From: Escherichia coli
GTDB taxonomy: Bacteria > Pseudomonadota > Gammaproteobacteria > Enterobacterales > Enterobacteriaceae
Assembly (NCBI RefSeq): GCF_003018255.1
Contig: NZ_CP027440.1
DNA: 64,000 nucleotides
Direction: 5' to 3' (one strand)
The notes under the pieces were generated by a model. The model was not told the DNA's origin. It was given only the letters and a program-made list of their open reading frames with translations, and ran no database searches. This document shows, one piece after another, positions 63,503-64,000 of the stretch (position 1 is its first letter; each line of letters begins with the position of its first letter). The position numbers were made by a program, and so were the translations under genes.

Positions 63503-64000
63503 TCAGACTTCAGGTACCTCAAAGAGTGTCTTTTTACCGTGTCTTTTCTGATACTCATTACAGGTGTTAATCATTTTTTTGGCCGCTTCTTTTAGCAAAG
63601 AAAGCATTAAATCATCATAATCAACATAGAATCTGGTTGTTTCAGTTTCCGTTTTTATCTCCCCGATGGCGGCTATTTCGGTGGTTAATTTCAATTTGGC
63701 GGCATCGATATCTTTATTCGCTTGTTTAACCGTGTTAGACAGGGTGGTAAAGAAACTCTGCACAGATTTTAACTTGTTCTTCAATTCTGGAATCAGTTTC
63801 CCTTCAACTACGCCCGCTGCAACAGAATACAGTTTCTTGATGCCGTCATCCAGTACCTTAATGAGAATGCCTTTCTGGGCGAATGCTTCTATTCTATTTT
63901 TTAGCCGGGCGATATTTTTCATTTCTGCTGGATGAGCGTCGTCGCCAGAAGGCCACGTGAGCACAGGATAAGAGAACGAAAAATCAGCAGTCTATGCAGC
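63503..64000 (-). pseudogene. hlyE: hemolysin E / cytolysin A remnant with internal deletion and upstream disruption
   Basis: The C-terminal 108 aa match remembered ClyA (Y196 onward, ...GKLIPELKNKLKSVQ...KKTLFEVPEV). Upstream, ...AQKGILIKVLDDGIKKL joins directly to YSVAAGVVEGK, so residues ~128-195 (about 204 bp) are missing. The frame hits a TAG about 10 codons upstream of 63964. Confidence 0.8.

Overview
E. coli chromosomal segment. About 1-45440 is a lambdoid prophage integrated in the 3' end of icd. The int N-terminus and xis lie at the left edge, and the displaced native icd 3' fragment (icdC) is at 45441-45605. The rest is a K-12-like region: iraM, ycgX, bluR, bluF, ycgZ, ymgA, ariR, ymgC, pdeG, ymgF, ycgH (pseudogene), ymgD, ymgG, ycgI fragment, minE, minD, minC, ycgJ, pliG, ycgL, ycgM, ycgN and an hlyE remnant. 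The prophage is a mosaic. It combines lambda-type exo/bet/gam, an e14/Rac-style cI/cro/cII-slot immunity module, a hybrid O gene with its own iterons plus lambda P/ren, and a DLP12-like block from emrE through nmpC. Lysis is of the phage-21/DLP12 type (pinholin, SAR endolysin, Rz/Rz1, bor). From lambda cos, a near-lambda set runs from nu1 to K, followed by lom, stf and tfa. An in-frame deletion fuses the first 65 codons of I to the last ~420 codons of J, so the prophage is probably tail-defective. Two AT-rich accessory loci are the best candidates for undescribed biology. (1) A translationally coupled three-gene operon sits exactly in the lambda rexAB slot between cI and OL/pL: a 153-aa protein, a 348-aa Hanks-type Ser/Thr kinase and a 54-aa basic peptide, followed by a terminator. 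(2) A ~5 kb b-region island lies between tfa and attR, with DUF2971-like, DUF4236-like, GIY-YIG-like and DUF3800-like genes. All family assignments come from motif recognition and remembered sequences. No database search was possible.
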